Part shown: positions 1 to 11,437 of the stretch, piece by piece
Layout: each line of letters starts with the position of its first letter
How positions within the stretch are numbered: the stretch's first letter is position 1
Assembly: GCA_032718475.1 (NCBI GenBank)
Contig: JAUCBJ010008610.1
Location: 1-55,273, forward strand
DNA: 55,273 nucleotides
Origin: Nemertoderma westbladi
Lineage: Eukaryota; Animalia; Xenacoelomorpha
Direction: 5' to 3'
Program-made: the position numbers and the translations under genes
The notes under the pieces: generated by a model
Seen by the model: only the letters and a program-made list of their open reading frames with translations
What the model was told of the DNA's origin: nothing
Databases searched by the model: none

Positions 1-145
1 GCCTTGAAGATGCGGATGATCTAGCAAATGTCATGGGTGATAGGGAGTTGTGGCGGTGCAATTTTGTTGACAAGCCGGCACAGCATTCTTAAAAATGCAG
101 CTGCAATGCAGCATGCCGATCCTAGTAGTAGTAGTAGTAGTAGTA
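1..145 (+). mobile_element. 3' end of the same RTE-like LINE with (TAG)n tail
   Basis: Matches 52240-52380. Confidence 0.9.
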
Positions 146-191
146 TTTATGTATGTGTTAACAATAATTATTATAAATCATTATTTTACAG

Positions 192-413
192 GAGCGTACA
201 TGAAAGACAACAATACGAGTTGCCGTATGCGCATGACTACTTTCAGGAAGTTTTAAACCGTTGTGAATTCCTATTAGTTACGAAGGACCAACCAGAGGAC
301 ACTGGGGTACCTGTGCCATTACTCCTTAATATGGACTATAAACAAATCGCGAAGGCAATCGGTGCTAAACTCAATGCTGATCCACGGAGGTTGCAGTTCT
401 TTAGAGCTCATCA
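192..413 (+). CDS. USP7: USP7 (ubiquitin C-terminal hydrolase 7) internal exon, UBL region; gene starts upstream of window
   Basis: ELPYAHDYFQEVLNR...LNADPRRLQFFRAH resembles USP7 ELPTAKEYF...LNTDPMLLQFFK. Acceptor ttttacag at 191, donor GTAAGT at 414 (phase 2). Confidence 0.9.
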
Positions 414-2137
414 GTAAGTTTGTACTGCAGTTCTCTAGAGATCATCAGTAAGTTGTGAGCTGCAGTTCTTTAGAGCTTATCAGTAAGTTGTGAGCTGCAG
501 TTCTTTAGAGCTCATCAGTAAGTTGTGTGCTGCAGTTCTCTAGAGCTTATCAGTAAGTTGTGTGCTGTAGTTCTTTAGAGCTTATCAGTAAGTTGTGTGC
601 TGTAGTTCTTTAGAGCTCAGCAGTAAGTTGTGTGCTGTAGTTCTTTAGAGCTTATCAGTAAGTTGTGTGCTGCAGTTTTTAGAGCTCATCAGTAAGTTCT
701 GTACTGCAATTCTTGAGATCTTATCAGTAAGTTGTGTGCTGTAGTTCTTTAGAGCTCAGCAGTAAGTTGTGTGCTGCAGTTCTTTAGAGCTCATCAGTAA
801 GTTCTGTACTGCAGTTCTTTAGAGCTTATCAGTAAGTTGTGTGCAGTAGTTCTTTAGAGCTCAGCAGTAAGTTCTGTACTGCAGTTCTTTAGAGCTTATC
901 AGTAAGTTGTGTGCTGTAGTTCTTTAGAGCTCAGCAGAAAGTTGTGTGCTGCAGTTCTTTAGAGCTCATCAGTAAGTTCTGTACTGCAGTTCTTTAGAGC
1001 TTATCAGTAAGTTGTGTGCTGTAGTTCTTTAGAGCTTATCAGTAAGTTGTGTGCTGTAGTTCTTTAGAGCTTATCAGTAAGTTCTGTACTGCAGTTCTTT
1101 AGAGCTTATCAGTAAGTTGTGTGCTGTAGTTCTTTAGAGCTCAGCAGAAAGTTGTGTGCTGCAGTTCTTTAGAGCTCATCAGTAAGTTCTGTACTGCAGT
1201 TCTTTAGAGCTTATCAGTAAGTTGTGTGCTGTAGTTCTTTAGAGCTTATCAGTAAGTTGTGTGCTGCAGTTTTTAGAGCTCATCAGTAAGTTCTGTACTG
1301 CAATTCTTGAGATTCTTATCAGTAAGTTGTGTGCTGTAATTCTTTAGAGCTCAGCAGTAAGTTGTGTGCTGCAGTTCTTTAGAGCTCATCAGTAAGTTCT
1401 GTACTGCAGTTCTTTAGAGCTTAACATTAAGTTGTGTGCAGTAGTTCTTTAGAGCTCAGCAGTAAGTTCTGTACTGCAGTTCTTTAGAGCTTATCAGTAA
1501 GTTGTGTGCTGTAGTTCTTTAGAGCTTATCAGTAAGTTGTGTGCAGTAGTTCTTTAGAGCTCAGCAGTAAGTTGTGTGCTGTAGTTCTTTAGAGCTTATC
1601 AGTAAGTTGTGTGCAGTAGTTCTTTAGAGCTCAGCAGAAAGTTGTGTGCTGCAGTTCTTTAGAGCTCATCAGTAAGTTCTGTACTGCAGTTCTTTAGAGC
1701 TTATCAGTAAGTTGTGTGCTGTAGTTCTTTAGAGCTTATCAGTAAGTTGTGTGCAGTAGTTCTTTAGAGCTCAGCAGTAAGTTCTGTACTGCAGTTCTTT
1801 AGAGCTTATCAGTAAGTTGTGTACTGTTTAGAGCTCAGCAGAAATTTGTGTGCTGCAGTTCTTTAGAGCTCATCAGTAAGTTCTGTACTGCAGTTCTTTA
1901 GAGCTTATCAGTAAGTTGTGTGCTGTAGTTCTTTAGAGCTTATCAGTAAGTTGTGTGCTGTAGTTCTTTAGAGCTCAGCAGTAAGTTGTGTGCTGCAGTT
2001 CTTTAGAGCTCATCAGTAAGTTATGTACTGCAGTTCTTTAGAGCTCATCAGTAAGTTGTGTGCTGCAGTTCTTTAGAGCTCATCAGTAAGTTCTGTACTG
2101 CAGTTCTTTAGAGCTCATCAGTAAGTTGTGTGCTGCA
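391..2137. repeat. 35-bp tandem satellite (~50 units), consensus GTAAGTTGTGTGCTGCAGTTCTTTAGAGCTCATCA
   Basis: Period read directly (GTAAGT at 448, 483, ...). The first unit overlaps the USP7 exon end. Confidence 0.97.
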
Positions 2138-2381
2138 TAATCATTAACACATGTTTAATGATCACACTCGGGGCAGAACTATAAAATGGAATAATTTTTA
2201 CTAAATTATGATGAATTGTTTTATGTTATAAACAATTCAGTGAGGTAACTGACCTCAGAAAATTTCGGAATTAAAATAGACTATATTTTCACTTTCATTA
2301 TAATATCAATCTCATATATTTATTATTTAATAGCGAGTAATAATAATAATATATTGACAATATATCATTACAGTAGTATGA

Positions 2382-2631
2382 TTACGATGAAGTTTTAAAC
2401 TTAGGAATATTTATTCCCGCTTTCATTAAACAGACTGCACTCATACAGTATATTGGGTTCACTGATCCTAATTGGGGCTTCTCGTATCCTAGCAACGAGA
2501 GACCAGCTATACCGAACAGTGTGTGGAAGGGGTCCGGCATGTCTCCAGGTCTGTCGCTAAAACCCCCAGTCTCGAAATCTTGACAAGCTAATATGTACTT
2601 CTTCAGTTTTGGTTTGGAAATCCAGTGTAGT
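2382..2631 (-). CDS. RABGGTB: RABGGTB exon 3 (terminal)
   Basis: RLHWI...[36 protein letters not shown]; tttctacag acceptor, phase matches exon 2. Confidence 0.93.
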
Positions 2632-2934
2632 CTGTAGAAATAATAATAACAGTAGCACCAGTAGAAACAGTGTAGCAATATAATTCTGGTAATTATTATT
2701 ATTTACAGTTATTAGCAGTATTTAGCAGTATTTACAGACTAAAATGCAATACGTTTATTTATTGCTGCATTGACAATATGTGCATTGTGATTGGACAACG
2801 CAAATAACCTTCTGGGGGTGGCGGGGTTTTCAAATAGCTTCCAGTGATCGTGGTTTTTGTTCACCAGTAGATTAGGCCTACTGATGATCAGATCAGACTT
2901 TGAATTCAATAGGCCTGCCTGCACGGCCGCACGG

Positions 2935-4131
2935 GGGTGTTTGAAAAAGGTGGACTGGACACAGAAAACATGGACAACGGACAGACCAATCAGAAACGTA
3001 TTATGTAAAGCAGTTTGTAGCAATTGGTCTGTCCACCTTTTTCAAGTTTCGCTTTCTTAGTTACATAATTGGGAATAAGATGTGTGTTTGAAAAAGGTGG
3101 ACTGGACACATGCACAAAAAACATAGATAATAGTCTGACCAATCAGAAACGTATTAAAGCAATGCTATTTATTAGTGATTGGACTGTCCACCTTTTTCAG
3201 GTTTCAATTATCTATCTATAATAATGGGCATGCTGGAAGCAGCTGCATTAAGAATGCTGCCGGTGTCCTAGGCGTATCTACCCCCCCCCCCCCCCCGCCC
3301 CCACCGATTGCCCCCCTATAGACTTACAGCATAGGCTAATAATAGTAGGTCTAGCGTACCGTACAGCACTTTAACTTGGATTTATTGGTTTATTTTTGTG
3401 GTTGGGTTAGTTGGTCAGGCCCAAACCCTAATTAAAACTGTCATTAGTAACCCTATAACCTTAAAGTCCCGATGCTCTAATCTAAGAATTTTTGTGGAAT
3501 TTAGGGTCCAAAATATTTAAGGTTGGGGTTACATGACAGTTTTAATTAAGGTTTTGGGCTTCCATTTCCACTTTGAATTAGGGTTTCGGACCGCCACTCC
3601 CAAAATATGGGGACTTATTTACCTCCCTCGCTGCGCTCGGTCGTTTAATAACAGATCTCGGGATGAACGGTAAATACAGCATAATATATTTCCCTCTCAG
3701 TACAATAGGTAGTTATTATAATTAACTTCATAATGTAATGAGTTAGAATATTGACGTTCCAATATTGATGCTAAAGCTAAGGCTCAGCTCACAGACTTCG
3801 TGGCTCGCCCCATATTATTGAACTAGGCCTATTTCGACAACTTCGGTTGGTCACAGTCAGACAGTAAGTATGGGATAATAATAACAATAATATTCCATAA
3901 AAACCTTCTGAAATTTTTTGAAAAACGTGGACAGAGCTGCTATAATGTGCAAATCAATCTGATTGGTCAATTCATTGCCTGTTCTTTCTCAACCCAGTCA
4001 CCTTATTCAAATTTGAAAAAGGTGGACAACAAAGCTGAAAAAGGTGGACTTGCTGTGTGACGCAAATCGCCCGTGATTGGTCTGTCCATTGTCCATGTTT
4101 TCTGTGTCCAGTCCACCTTTTTCAAACACCC
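2935..4131. mobile_element. Mutator-like (MULE) non-autonomous element
   Basis: ~60-bp TIR GGGTGTTTGAAAAAGGTGGACTGGACACAGAAAACATGGAC; perfect 9-bp TSD GCCGCACGG (2926-34 / 4132-40). Confidence 0.88.
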
Positions 4132-4438
4132 GCCGCACGGGGCCTCCCTCAGTCTGACATTTTGACTATTACGCACGGTGTATTTACATTTTTTTATGAT
4201 TTCTTGCATTACACATAATGTAGGTTGTAGCTATATGGAGGCAGATACGTTTAATGAGCGTATTAGTAGCTAGGTAGGCAAAAGCCCTAAGCTGTACCCT
4301 ATACGCCTGTAGTCCTAACTAGCATATCTCTGTACGGTGACGGTAGTGCCGGTACAATAAAGATAGCCTATCCTATATCAATTCCTATTGGAATTGAATT
4401 GTAACTCAACAACTGTTCAATTATTAAAGTTTCTGACA

Positions 4439-4954
4439 ATGAAACTTATAACTCATAACATGTTGACCTCCAATGTTCGCGCTGCCAATCACGCGTTCCC
4501 TTTACGAATTGAGGCGACGGTAGTCGAGCGGAGAGCGAGGGAGTTCAACGGGGAGTTCATTGCGAGAATGATACCGAAACTGGAGTGGGGAGCGTTGGTG
4601 TCAGCGGTGGGATGGGTGAAACCGTTATTGGGGCGGAGGGGAGCTGGGGACCAAAGGATGGAAGAGGGGGTTGGGGAGGGGGGTATAGCCGAGTCGGGAG
4701 ATATAGCTGAGTCGGGAAATATAGCTGAGTCGGGAGATATAGCCGCGTCGGGAGATAGTGGCGAGGTTTCCGAACTCGTTGTTCCTCCGGAAGTTGTTAC
4801 GGATTACGAGAAGGACGACACCTTCCTCCGAGCGGCCCACACGGCTCTACTGGAAATCGAAGTTCTCGAAGGTAAACTCATCTGCCCCGTTACAGGTAGG
4901 GAGTATCCAATCTCTAAGGGAATTCCTAACATGTTGATTGGAGAAGATGAATGA
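4439..4954 (+). CDS. TRMT112: TRM112 methyltransferase activator subunit, single coding exon, with internal low-complexity insertion
   Basis: MKLITHNMLTS...FPLRI...EFN.EFIARMIPKLEW...LLEIEVLEGKLICPVTGREYPISKGIPNML. The conserved N-terminus places the ATG at 4439. Confidence 0.92.
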   Translation: MKLITHNMLTSNVRAANHAFPLRIEATVVERRAREFNGEFIARMIPKLEWGALVSAVGWVKPLLGRRGAGDQRMEEGVGEGGIAESGDIAESGNIAESGDIAASGDSGEVSELVVPPEVVTDYEKDDTFLRAAHTALLEIEVLEGKLICPVTGREYPISKGIPNMLIGEDE

Positions 4955-5011
4955 CTGACATTGTTTGTTACTGAGGGAATGGAAGACCAGATAGGGAAGG
5001 AGTAGTAGAGT

Positions 5012-5480
5012 ACGTACGGTGGTGGTTTTCGACCACGTTCTCTGCGATATTCAATCTCAGGTGTAAATCACCGCCACAGGGCATAGTTGCTTGTCTAACT
5101 TAACCTGGAAGATAACAGCGAGCTGACACCTGGCAAATGTTGGCTAGTCAGGTATCCATCCTCTGATCCATAACTGTCGGCGGGTAAACGAACCAGAGGA
5201 TTTTCAGATCTTAAAACAGATGGTTCCATAAACCGCTCAAGCATTTCCCCTTTCTTTCTGACTTTGATTGAACAATATTGTAATCCATGAGATACATGGA
5301 TACAACAAATTGTATTCATGAGCCAAGGTAGCAAAGGTAGTACTTTTCCTAATTGTTTTGGCAACTTTATTTACCCTTGAGTCCAGAAAAAAAAAATAAA
5401 GTTAATTTAACTTAAAAAAAATAAAAATATAAGGCTGAAAAAAAAAAAGCAGAAAAAGGCATAAAATCACCACCATACGT
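5012..5480. mobile_element. Possible MITE
   Basis: 18-bp imperfect TIR ACGTAYGGTGGTGRTTTT at both ends; TSD unclear. Confidence 0.5.
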
Positions 5481-6368
5481 TATTACCTTCCTTTATTCAC
5501 GAATATAACAACCTACCAGGATTCATAACAGCTTTTGGTGGAGAGTATTGGACATTACGAACTTATAGATACTGAACTATCATTAACTGTTCTAGTGAAC
5601 TATTAACTCAACTCCCAAGTAATGTGTTTAGATTGGTAATCTTTTAAATTCTAGAAAGAATTTAGTGCAGTGTTTGTTGAATTGTTACGCGGCTGAAAAT
5701 TGTGCTTTAATTGTTAAAGATACAAAAATGGTACAAAAGGTACAAAAATACATTAATGAATTACAAAATGACATCTAAACCGGTCGACAATTACACCTAC
5801 AGTACCTAATTCGGACCAATTTGTGCTTAGCTATCCTCGATGCTAACAACATTAGTTACATCGGCCGGAACTATATTTAATGATAATGAAATTCACAAAT
5901 AAGATGGCAAGATCCATCCACGAGGCCACAGCTTCTAGATGATTAATGACTATTCTCTAACCAAAACAATAAACGAGATCACACAATTTACTGTTAAATC
6001 AGCTGTTATTTGCGTAAATAGATGAACGTAAAAGACGAGCTTAAATAAAACTGATGATTTGATTGGGTCTCGCCAATCCTAATGGAATGAGTAATGGGTA
6101 AAGTTTAATAAAAAAGGTTTCCACAAAATCCCATTTAAATTAAATATATGATATTGTACTGAAATACTGATCTCTTTAAAAAATAAATGTTTTCCGGTGT
6201 ATTTATTTTGATTTGATTCGATTCCATTCAATTTCTCAAACGCAATATATTGAAAACTATTAGATGAAATAAGCAATATTTGGACTTATTATTCTGTTTA
6301 GTAAACAATTAATTAATTGAAATTAAAATTAACAAGATTTGTAGAACTTATATTTTAATTGAACTCAC

Positions 6369-6790
6369 CTGTTGAGTATCTTTAAGGAAGCGAGCACCCA
6401 CCAGGAGTAACAAACGTCCGGGAGTTTCTCTGGCCGACCATTAAGACCACCGGACGGAAGTTGTCTCTCGCACAACCACCAACCCAACCTGTCACTGTCC
6501 ACCAACCCCAGTCTCCCTAGCAACCCCAGGGTCCCCAACGCGCAGTAGACCTGCCCGGCGTGGGTCTCGGACCCCGGTCGCACACCGAATCCTCCGTCGA
6601 AGTTCCCCGAAGCCATCATGAAGGCCACGGTTCTCTCGAGATCGATCGCGTCGAGTCTCCTCAGTAGCGAGAGAGCCGCGACAGCGCAGAAGGTAAACCG
6701 GGTGTCCACCTCGCCCCATCGGTCCCCAGTGAACGATCCGTCCTCACGTTGGAGAGAAGCGATGTGGTTGACGCAGGATTCCTGGTCCAT
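6369..6790 (-). CDS. RABGGTB: RABGGTB exon 2
   Basis: [20 protein letters not shown]...[24 protein letters not shown]; ttacag acceptor, GTGAGT donor (phase 2). Confidence 0.95.
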
Positions 6791-7013
6791 CTGTAAGAAT
6801 AAAGTCGCGATCACAGCTGGGTTAATCAATAAAACAACAAACAGTTCCATTTACACTTGCAGTTAAATTTTTAGTCATAACAATGATTATCAGTTGTGGT
6901 TGTGTTGGTGTAATTGTAATGTTTATGTTTACACGGGAGTGAAGACAGTAAGACTTCCTCCATGTTCTTAATTGACCTCTGAAGTGAATTCAGTTAAGTT
7001 AATCCGTACTTAC

Positions 7014-7346
7014 CTCATCTACTGCATCGAATGTTATTAGTATCTGAATGGCACTGAGAGTGGATAGAAGATGTGGATCGTGTCCGGTACATGGTCTGAA
7101 CGCTCCACCAGCAGTTTGGCAACTTTTTACGAACTCAATGATAGCTGATCTGTCCATCTTGTCTAAGGCTCCCATTAATTCCATTACTGTGACGCACCAA
7201 TAAACCCCGCTCATCCGTAGATATTCTGTCATCGTGTACTCGTATTCATTCTCTTTCGAACTGTATTTTTGTATGAAGTCTATATGTTGGTCCAGTAATA
7301 GACGCTCCGGAAGATTTTCACCCAACTTTATGTCTTTAACATTCAT
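7014..7346 (-). CDS. RABGGTB: Rab geranylgeranyltransferase beta subunit, exon 1
   Basis: YEYTMTEYLRMSGVYW...HDPHLLSTLSAIQIL; donor GTAAGT at 7013 (phase 0). Confidence 0.93.
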
Positions 7347-7604
7347 TTCTCGCTCTACGTTTCCACAATATATTGCACTATAATTATATAAATAGTACCG
7401 GTACAGCGATAGGCCTACATCATTGTTGATTTAAAGTAAGTGTTTACATTATCAGATTGCGATTTGCGCGAACTGCGAATAGGCCTATTGGTATCATAAT
7501 CATATATTCTGTGTTTTATTTCGGTTTATTGATGTTTATTAAGAACGTATTGCCGAGTTGTCTTGTAGTGTTGATGAATAGAATCCAACTATAAATCAAA
7601 GAAC
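7347..7604. promoter_or_regulatory. Probable bidirectional promoter for RABGGTB and OXA1L
   Basis: Only 258 bp separate the two divergent ATGs. Confidence 0.6.
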
Positions 7605-8963
7605 ATGAGACTTTTGTATTTGTGTAACAGAAAGAGTCAAGTCGGTATCTTCAACATTAGTAGATCGACGACAACGACCAGAATATTGGGTTCATCGCAT
7701 CTTCCATTGCTACGTAGCGCACGGCACACGAGCGACCTTGTCGCACAGACAGCACTGCGGATCCCTGTAGATACAGTAACATTAACTCCTATACAGCAAT
7801 GGCCTACTGGTAGCGGACCTACTGTAGACTCTCTGGCATCCACCTTAGGGGAGGGATCTCTTTCCTCTATGGGTCTGTGCAGTTGGTTCCCAAGCGGTTG
7901 GGTACAGGGGATTCTAGAACAGTTACATATCACCTTGGGACTACCATGGTGGGGATCGATATTGGTATACACTGTGATTCTCAGACTTTGTTTGACTCCT
8001 CTAATGATAAAAAACCAAAAAACCTCCGCGATTTTTCATAACATTAGCCCTGAGTACATGAAATCTATGAAGCTATTGAGCGCCTCGAAAGCCTCAGATG
8101 ATGTTGCCGGCCAACAGCAAGCCCAATTGGATATGTGGTACATCCAGAAAATAAGTGGCTTCAGCTGGAAACAAAGGATTTGGCCTGTCCTTATCCAAGC
8201 TCCTATATTTGTTTCAACTCTCACGGGTTTGCGTGGAATGGCCAACCTTCCCGTAATCTCTATGCAGACAGGCGGCGCCTTGTGGTGTCTAGATTTAACT
8301 ATGCCGGACCCATATTACCTTCTCCCGCTGGGAGTAGCAGTTACTCTGTGGGTAGTCATGGAGATAGGTAGCGAGACAGGCATGGAAACGAAAAACGCTT
8401 CTCCGATGGTTAAATATTTTATGCGCGTTATACCAGTTGGCGTAGCGGTAGCTATGTCTTTTAACTCCAGCGCCTTGTGTTTGTACTGGTTTATAAGCAA
8501 CTTAATATCGTCCACACAAGGTTTAATTATCCGACGCAATAGGAAATATTTTAATATACCGGAAAGAATTCAGCGCGCGCCTGCAGCAGGAACAGATAGC
8601 GAGGTTAGTAAGAAAACCAAAAAGAAGGAGAAACCGATCCAGGAATCAGGATTTACTAGCCGTTCCGGGTTCGGTAGACCCATACGGGATGTGTACGCAG
8701 CGGGTAAGAGTTGGATATCTGGGATACGAGATATGGGAAGGAAAAAGCAAATGGACAAAATAAAAGCGAAACTCAAACAGCAGAAGTTACGTAAACAAGC
8801 TGAAGGAGATGGGAGCAGTACTATACCGGTGACTCTACCGTTTAATCCTATAGAATCTTCGCCTACCTACAAGGATATGTTGGCTAAACGCAGTAGGCCT
8901 GGGGGAACCAATCCGGTGGCTCAAACTAAACCGAAGCGGATCGGCATTGGCGGGTGGTATTAA
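7605..8963 (+). CDS. OXA1L: Mitochondrial inner membrane insertase OXA1L (YidC/Oxa1 family), intronless CDS
   Basis: Arg/Ser-rich presequence-like N-terminus; GLPWWGSI...TVILRL, QAPIF, GGALW..DLT.PDPYYLLP and LCLYW..SN motifs; basic C-terminal tail; AATAAA at ~9009-9045. Confidence 0.92.
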   Translation: MRLLYLCNRKSQVGIFNISRSTTTTRILGSSHLPLLRSARHTSDLVAQTALRIPVDTVTLTPIQQWPTGSGPTVDSLASTLGEGSLSSMGLCSWFPSGWVQGILEQLHITLGLPWWGSILVYTVILRLCLTPLMIKNQKTSAIFHNISPEYMKSMKLLSASKASDDVAGQQQAQLDMWYIQKISGFSWKQRIWPVLIQAPIFVSTLTGLRGMANLPVISMQTGGALWCLDLTMPDPYYLLPLGVAVTLWVVMEIGSETGMETKNASPMVKYFMRVIPVGVAVAMSFNSSALCLYWFISNLISSTQGLIIRRNRKYFNIPERIQRAPAAGTDSEVSKKTKKKEKPIQESGFTSRSGFGRPIRDVYAAGKSWISGIRDMGRKKQMDKIKAKLKQQKLRKQAEGDGSSTIPVTLPFNPIESSPTYKDMLAKRSRPGGTNPVAQTKPKRIGIGGWY

Positions 8964-9171
8964 TACTGGAATCTTTGTAGTCATATTTGCTTCGTCCTCA
9001 ATATAGTTAATAAATAATAAATATGCGTACATTGTACATAATAAAAACTATTTGTTTATTCTTATGGCCAGGCCATATTTTCGTAGCTGTTATATCCGTT
9101 AATTATATAAACTCGGGGGGCGGGGGACATTCGACGCAATTAAAATTCATCACTCCGGGTGAAATTCGACG

Positions 9172-9340
9172 CAAATAACAGCTGATTACTCCCAAGTGTA
9201 AAACTGCAACCTGTTCTATTGACTTTGTTTGTTGTTTTGGCTAGAGTAGCGTGCCACTGTAACCTGCTCATTTCCCTAAATTGAGAATTTAACATTGAGG
9301 CGGGATATTAATTCGCCGAGATGGGATTTACGTCAAGCTA
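9172..9340 (+). repeat. Dispersed repeat CAAATAACAGCTGATT...GCCACTGTAACC...ATATTAATTCGCC
   Basis: Further copies at ~5950-6015 (-), 10234-10520, 26298-26420, 46058-46230 and partial 47980-48025. Confidence 0.7.
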
Positions 9341-11437
9341 AAGATTGAAAGGAAAAATTGAAAAAACCCATGTTTTTTTGTAAATTTTCATTAAAAATAT
9401 GGGGAAATATTATCAAATTAAGAAAAGTGCGTGAAATTAATTGAAGCCTATGAAATTATCTTTCATATAAATCAAAAATTGCAAAAAACGGTTAAGAAAT
9501 GGCGGAGAAGTAGTATTTTTCGTGCGAAAAAATGTCATTCTGAGATAATCGCCTTCAAATTTCAAACCTTCCCGCGCAAAACTACCTGTATGGGGTCTGG
9601 TTGGTTAATAGTGTCTGACATGAAGGAAGCACAGCACCGAGCTAAAATTATATTTATGGGGGTTTTCGGGGTCGCTGATTTCATTTCCGATGTCAGTTTT
9701 AATATTTGGTGGAATGTAGTCTGTCCGCCTGTCGGTTGTCTGTCTGTCTGTCTTACATTATGACAGACAGGTTGCCAGACAGCTATTCCACGATAACTCG
9801 AGAACTAAAAGAGATCTCTCTAAGCCGTTTTTAGATTTGAAATCCCCATTAAATTCTGCTCTAGATACAATAAAAAACAAATTTCTGATTTTTTTTAGAG
9901 GGGGGGGGGGCTACCCCCCTTAATCCAAACTAGCATTTAACGTCAATGTTGTTTCATCCTATGAAATTAATTTAAATGAATGGTTTCCATGGTTTTCCCA
10001 TACTGCTGGGTTTGTACGAAACTGATATGTCGAGGATAGAAAATATGACGTCATAGGTATCTTACTGATGATGTCACCACCGGAAACGTCCCTAGGTGAT
10101 ATATCTACTAAGTTTTTTTTACTTTTTCACATTGCAGTGTTTGTTCTTCACATCACACTCCTGTTGAGATGGGGAGGGGGCGGGGGACTTCTGACTTAAT
10201 CAAAATTAATCCCTCTTAAAGGGGGAAATCTACACAAATAACAGCTGATTAATCGGGTCCTAATGAAAAACAACCTGAATATTAATCATTTTAGTAATCC
10301 CCAAGTCAGGGGTTCAAATCTCATCACGAACACAAGAGAGATTGCGACAACTATGGAGAATCGGGCCAGTATATTGTATCAGAATCAGATTAATTACAAT
10401 AAAACTGGAGTCTGTTTCAGTTTATTGTTTTGGTTAGAATAACGTGCCACTGTAACCTGCTCTTTTCCGCCAATTGATAATTTAACATTGAGACGATATA
10501 TTAATTCGCCGAGATGGGGAAATATTATTGTAATATTTCATTATCATGTCAATTTTATCTAAACGCACAATAGTTGTTTTTTAAATATAAACTTGACGAA
10601 AGAAAACAATATATTTATTTGCATTTTATTTAACACGACATATTTTTTTATTGTATATATAATAGTTAAATAATAATCAATATAAATGTACAGATTAAGT
10701 ACTGATTGATATGATACGATACATGTATTGTAGATACTGGATAATAAGTTAATGAAATTAAATTAATTCCTGAATTAACGAATTAATTAAATCCGAATTT
10801 TTTATATATAAAGTAGAAATATTTAATACCACCGAAATGAATAAATGCCAATTGGAAAAAATACATTTAATGGCGGGACGAACAATTAACAACAAATCAA
10901 ATCTTATAGACGATTTTATAAATTAAATAAAATGAGTTATACTGAATATTTATAACAATATAATATAAGACTGAGGTGATTAGTTAATGTTAATTACTCC
11001 CTATAAAATAGATTTACAAATTCATAATAATAAGTTGCGTATGTTATATAATAGCAAAGCAAATTTACGATCAACAACTTTTACTCACAATAACAAAATT
11101 ATGATAAACAGTATTACAAGCGTAGCTGCCCGTGTCTGGTACTGGTCGCATTTCTTCTCGGGTAGATTCAGGGCAATACATCCTAACTACAAATCAAACT
11201 GTCGGGTACCCCTAACCCATATGTTTTGTTCTATGATTTTCGAAAAAATTGGGTAAAAAGTAAATAATTACATTGATATATTCAATTAAACATTATTAAT
11301 TGAATTTGGATTAGAATCTACCCCCCCCCCCCCCCCCCCCCTCCTCCTCCTCCCCCACTGCACTGCAGGTAATACCCTAAGCGGCGATGACACAGATTAC
11401 TGGATTATAACTGGTGACTTATATATCGCTAGTAATT

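Noticed and set aside
28-191. N-terminal part of ORF 28..417
   Set aside because: It is LINE tail plus intron; only 192-413 is USP7 exon.
391-2137. CRISPR-like appearance of the 35-57 bp arrays (also 19529, 29565, 32780, 52560)
   Set aside because: Units are head-to-tail with no unique spacers, there are no cas genes, and the context is eukaryotic with spliced genes.
4388-4438. N-terminal extension of TRM112 from a TTG start
   Set aside because: The conserved N-terminus MKL.THN starts at ATG 4439.
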